A DNA stretch of 39,624 nt from Gammaproteobacteria bacterium. GTDB lineage: Bacteria; Pseudomonadota; Gammaproteobacteria; UBA1113. Shown here piece by piece: positions 36,990-39,624 of the stretch; the stretch's first letter is position 1, and every line of letters begins with the position of its first letter. The translations under genes were made by a program, and so were the position numbers. The DNA lies in assembly GCA_009885895.1 (NCBI GenBank), contig VFJV01000020.1:1-39624 (forward strand), in the 5' to 3' direction. The notes beneath the pieces are model-generated. The model was not told the DNA's origin. It searched no databases and was given only the letters and a program-made list of their open reading frames with translations.

Positions 36990-38012
36990 TTACAGAATCA
37001 GCATGCAATCGCCGTAGCTGTAGAATCGATATTGCGCCCTTATAGCGTGTTGATAGGCACTCATGGTGGTGTCATAACCGGCAAAAGCTGAAACCAACAT
37101 CAGTAAGCTGGATTGTGGTAAATGAAAATTGGTCAACAATCCATCAATAACCTTAAACTCGTAGCCCGGATAGATAAATAAATTAGACTCGCCCTTAAAA
37201 GGCAGCAAACTCCCCGTTTGTGCGGCTGTTTCTAAAGAACGGACCGTTGTTGTGCCCACGGCAATAACCCGTCCTCTGCGTTTTTGGGTACGCACAATCG
37301 CTTGGCAAACGCTATCGGGTACTTCTACGCATTCATGATGCAATCGATGCTCCCGAATGTCCTGTGTACGCACTGGCTGGAAGGTGCCTGCGCCTACATG
37401 CAAGGTTAAATAGGCAAGTTCTGTACCCCCGAGTTCTAAGTATTCTAAAAAAGGTGTATCAAAATGTAGACCCGCGGTGGGTGCTGCCACTGAACCATCA
37501 CTATGCGCATAAACGGTTTGATAGCGGTTTTTGTCGGTAATTTCGGCCTCGCGCTGAAAATACGGCGGCAAGGGAATTTCTCCCGCCTCCTCCATAATAT
37601 CAGCCCAGGATCGCCCCCCTAAGGCTTCAATGATAAATAAGTCATTTTCTCGCTTTATCACTGCAATGAGGTCCCCATTGTCTAAGAGGATAGTCTGCCC
37701 GCTTTTAGGGGATTTGCTGGCGCGCAGATGCGCTAAAGCGCGATTTTGCCCTAGTAAGCGCTCAATTAAAATCTCTACTTTACCGCCGCTGCTTTTATGG
37801 CCATATAGCCGGGCAGGCATTACTTTGGAATTATTCATAACCAAAAGGTCGCCTGGGCGCAAATAATGCGCTAAGTCTAAAAATTGCCGATCGGCCCACT
37901 GCTGGGTGTTTTTATCGATTGCCAATAAACGACTTTGTGTACGTTTTTCAACAGGATAACGTGCGATTTGATGTTCGGGCAAGGTATAATCGTAGTCGGT
38001 TAAAGCGTACAT
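36990..38012 (-). CDS. queA: S-adenosylmethionine:tRNA ribosyltransferase-isomerase
   Basis: DYDYTLPEHQIARYPVEKRTQSRLL N-terminus, TAGLHF and FRFYSYGDCMLI C-terminus. Confidence 0.95.
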   Translation of the reverse strand: MYALTDYDYTLPEHQIARYPVEKRTQSRLLAIDKNTQQWADRQFLDLAHYLRPGDLLVMNNSKVMPARLYGHKSSGGKVEILIERLLGQNRALAHLRASKSPKSGQTILLDNGDLIAVIKRENDLFIIEALGGRSWADIMEEAGEIPLPPYFQREAEITDKNRYQTVYAHSDGSVAAPTAGLHFDTPFLEYLELGGTELAYLTLHVGAGTFQPVRTQDIREHRLHHECVEVPDSVCQAIVRTQKRRGRVIAVGTTTVRSLETAAQTGSLLPFKGESNLFIYPGYEFKVIDGLLTNFHLPQSSLLMLVSAFAGYDTTMSAYQHAIRAQYRFYSYGDCMLIL

Positions 38013-38087
38013 ATTGAACCAAATTCATACATTTTTGCGATTTTAGCACACAAATTTGTTCTAAAACAGATCATATCAAGGAATCCC

Positions 38088-38120
38088 CTTAATATTTTCT
38101 TAATATTTTTGTATTATAAT
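38088..38120 (+). promoter_or_regulatory. PmrA-type regulatory element (CTTAATATT-TT-CTTAATATT) placed 7 nt upstream of a consensus TATAAT -10
   Basis: Perfect tandem 9-mers at 38088-38096 and 38099-38107, with TATAAT at 38115-38120, about 58 nt upstream of the ATG at 38178. It matches the Legionella/Coxiella PmrA element as I recall it (cTTAATatT-N2-cTTAATatT replacing the -35). Confidence 0.7.
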
Positions 38121-38177
38121 TAAATATAGGCTATAGTTAAGCCAAATTAAAGGTTGGTCACGCTAGGTGCGGTGTAA

Positions 38178-38615
38178 ATGAAAAGTTTGTTTCTCGACTC
38201 AGAAGCCCGTCCTGTTGAGGAATGGCCTAATAGTTTGTATATGATTTGTGATGTGCCCAGAAACTTTCTGGACATGCCAGTGGTCGACTTGATGGTCGAA
38301 GCAGTCTCCATTGCTCAGGAGCGGAATTTTCAAAATTCACGCAACTATACGGATGATGGCAGTGGCAAGCACAGTTCAAATCAATACTTTACCGGCAAAT
38401 TAGCCGAGGTTAAACATCATATTGAAGTGTCTTTAAAACGCTTCAATAAGATATTTAACCAGGACCCTAACAGACGATATGTGTTGTTAGTGTTTAAGGT
38501 GCCCAATGACATTGAAATTAAGACCGATAAGGTCTATGGGCAAAGAATTAAATCGGTCAATCCAGAGGTTATTAAACCTTTGTATTTACAACAAGTTTAT
38601 TTTTTTGAGGAGTAG
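38178..38615 (+). CDS. Hypothetical 145-aa protein; candidate PmrA-regulated Icm/Dot substrate
   Basis: Clean ORF with AGGTG 8 nt upstream and no TM or signal peptide. The tail ends ...LYLQQVYFFEE. A PmrA-type promoter lies directly upstream. Confidence 0.65.
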   Translation: MKSLFLDSEARPVEEWPNSLYMICDVPRNFLDMPVVDLMVEAVSIAQERNFQNSRNYTDDGSGKHSSNQYFTGKLAEVKHHIEVSLKRFNKIFNQDPNRRYVLLVFKVPNDIEIKTDKVYGQRIKSVNPEVIKPLYLQQVYFFEE

Positions 38616-38622
38616 TTAAAAA

Positions 38623-38850
38623 ATGGTAGCAACAGCACGAGACTTAGTCGTACGTCTAGGGACAGATTTACGAAGACTTACGTTTTTTCCTTTAGGGCCG
38701 GAAGCTCAAGCACTATTCAATACAAAATCAGTTCAGCCTGCGAATCATCGGTACACTGTTTTTTTTAATGCGGACAATAATCAGCAGACTTCAAGTACTG
38801 TCCCAACCAAGGGTGTTCAGCCCCTGAATGTTCCCCGTGGAACCAAATAA
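38623..38850 (+). CDS. Hypothetical 75-aa protein, second gene of the same operon
   Basis: It starts 7 nt after the upstream stop. GAGGAG lies 10 nt upstream. A strong terminator lies about 35 nt downstream. Confidence 0.45.
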   Translation: MVATARDLVVRLGTDLRRLTFFPLGPEAQALFNTKSVQPANHRYTVFFNADNNQQTSSTVPTKGVQPLNVPRGTK

Positions 38851-38885
38851 TACGATAAATAGCCCGTATTGAAGCCAATAAAAAA

Positions 38886-38909
38886 AGCCCACAAAAGTGG
38901 GCTTTTTTA
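38886..38909. terminator. Rho-independent, potentially bidirectional terminator
   Basis: AGCCCAC-AAAA-GTGGGCT with an A7 run before it and a T6 run after it, downstream of the 145/75-aa operon. Confidence 0.8.
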
Positions 38910-39091
38910 TTGCCTACATTTTTTATACCAATTTTATACCAAGTAGATCGGCCTTAAGGCATTGATTTAATGACTTTAAGATCCAATGGTAATATGGGCT
39001 GCAAAAAATGGGTTATCTAAGGCGGTTATTATGTTTGCCTCACTGCCCTACTATTATTCATAGCAGGGGCAATGAAGCTAGAAAGGATACA

Positions 39092-39367
39092 TTATTTACC
39101 CATCATGATCATATCAGCAAAAGGGCTCATATCCACGTCCGCGCTTTGTTTTTGGCTCTGCATAGCCGCTAACATAGCGTTTGGAGATGCTTTTCTAGCA
39201 AAATAACCCTCATTTTCAACGGGTTCTGCCTTCCTAAAGTCATCCAAGCTAAATGCAGCCGTAACCGCTTTTGCTGCTGTACGAAAAAGGGCTGGGTGCT
39301 CTAAACCATACTTAACGGCCGAACCCGCGGCGAATAGACCTGCTGCTGCTAATGTTGATACTGCCAT
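39092..39367 (-). CDS. Hypothetical 91-aa Ala-rich protein; candidate PmrA-regulated gene
   Basis: ORF with a PmrA-like box and -10 upstream (39438-39470). The N-terminus is hydrophobic and Ala-rich, and the C-terminal half is acidic and Met-rich. Confidence 0.55.
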   Translation of the reverse strand: MAVSTLAAAGLFAAGSAVKYGLEHPALFRTAAKAVTAAFSLDDFRKAEPVENEGYFARKASPNAMLAAMQSQKQSADVDMSPFADMIMMGK

Positions 39368-39437
39368 TTTATTTTCCCAAAAAGTGTTCTTTTAACTAAC
39401 TGGCATTTAGTGTACCAGTTCCCATGTGAATATCGCT

Positions 39438-39470
39438 ATTGTACCCAAGTAAGCTTAAGGAAATATTAAA
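39438..39470 (-). promoter_or_regulatory. Second PmrA-type element (TTTAATATT-TC-CTTAAGCTT) 7 nt upstream of TACAAT
   Basis: Read on the minus strand: TTTAATATTTCCTTAAGCTT (39470-39451), a 7-nt spacer, then TACAAT (39443-39438). It has the same 9-2-9-7-6 geometry as 38088-38120 and lies about 70 nt upstream of the ATG at 39367. Confidence 0.55.
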
Positions 39471-39521
39471 GATAGTGGATTATCGAAAATAATCTCACTT
39501 ATTTTTGGTAATCCGGTATTG

Positions 39522-39566
39522 AGCGACAATTATCTTTGCCGGTCAGCGACAATTAAGATTGCCGGT
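39522..39566. promoter_or_regulatory. Two tandem copies of the 22-bp palindrome AGCGACAA-N6-TTGCCGGT (operator-like)
   Basis: AGCGACAATTATCTTTGCCGGT (39522-39543) and AGCGACAATTAAGATTGCCGGT (39545-39566). The half-sites are identical and only the central nucleotides differ. The first copy is the exact reverse complement of 3251-3272. Confidence 0.5.
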
Positions 39567-39624
39567 TAGGGGGTATTGCCGTATCCTACTCTGTACTATT
39601 AAAAAACAGAAGGAAAGAGGCAAT

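Noticed and set aside
39040-39091. Imperfect hairpin (TGCCCCTGCTA ... TAGTAGGGCA on the minus strand) downstream of the 91-aa gene as its terminator.
   Set aside because: The stem needs a bulge and a G-T pair and has no T-run. The clean bidirectional terminator at 38886-38909 may serve both convergent units.
3250-39544. The exact 28-nt inverted repeat at 3250-3277 and 39517-39544 could be read as the terminal inverted repeats of a 36-kb composite mobile element or invertible segment.
   Set aside because: The intervening DNA is core housekeeping sequence (alaS, recA, tol-pal, dnaE, secDF). It contains no transposase or integrase and no flanking target duplication. The repeat is a palindromic operator-like site that is tandemly duplicated at one end, so a regulatory or 5'-module explanation fits better.

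Overview
The window reads as a chromosomal segment of a Legionellales-type gammaproteobacterium (Legionella/Coxiella-like). That assignment is an inference from gene order plus PmrA-type promoter boxes and an Lqs-like two-component pair. Most of it is tightly packed housekeeping DNA: APC permease (5' end outside the window), trxB, infA, alaS-recX-recA-ppiD on the minus strand, and htrA/degP. Next come a ZIP metal transporter, mutH, queE, and a complete cpoB-pal-tolB-tolA-tolR-tolQ block. The remainder is phhB, dnaE-rnhB-pncB, tRNA-Ser(CGA), purC, a mini-BamC lipoprotein, dapA, comEA, and secF-secD-yajC-queA. Three things fall outside this ordinary annotation. (1) Small AT-rich accessory islets lie at 2.7-4.9 kb and 38.0-39.6 kb. 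They carry orphan genes: a YopT/C58-like Cys-His-Asp protein, a 278-aa helical orphan, a 145+75-aa operon and a 91-aa gene. Two of their promoters carry tandem TTAAT-type boxes matching the Legionella/Coxiella PmrA element at a fixed 7-nt distance from a -10 hexamer. A 22-bp palindrome is shared between the two islets, once at the left one and twice in tandem at the right one. (2) A signalling island at 19.6-24.2 kb holds a CqsS/LqsS-like six-TM kinase and an LqsR-like regulator, with no autoinducer synthase in the window. A PAS hybrid kinase with two receiver domains is transcribed divergently from them. (3) A structured palindromic repeat family (TTGrTTTTTAGGG ... CCCTAAAAATCAA) is present at two loci. 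The dnaE copy sits between two convergent genes, and both stop codons lie inside an exact 28-bp direct repeat. I saw no CRISPR array, rRNA, IS transposase or prophage genes. All functional calls rest on motif recognition by eye, not on searches.
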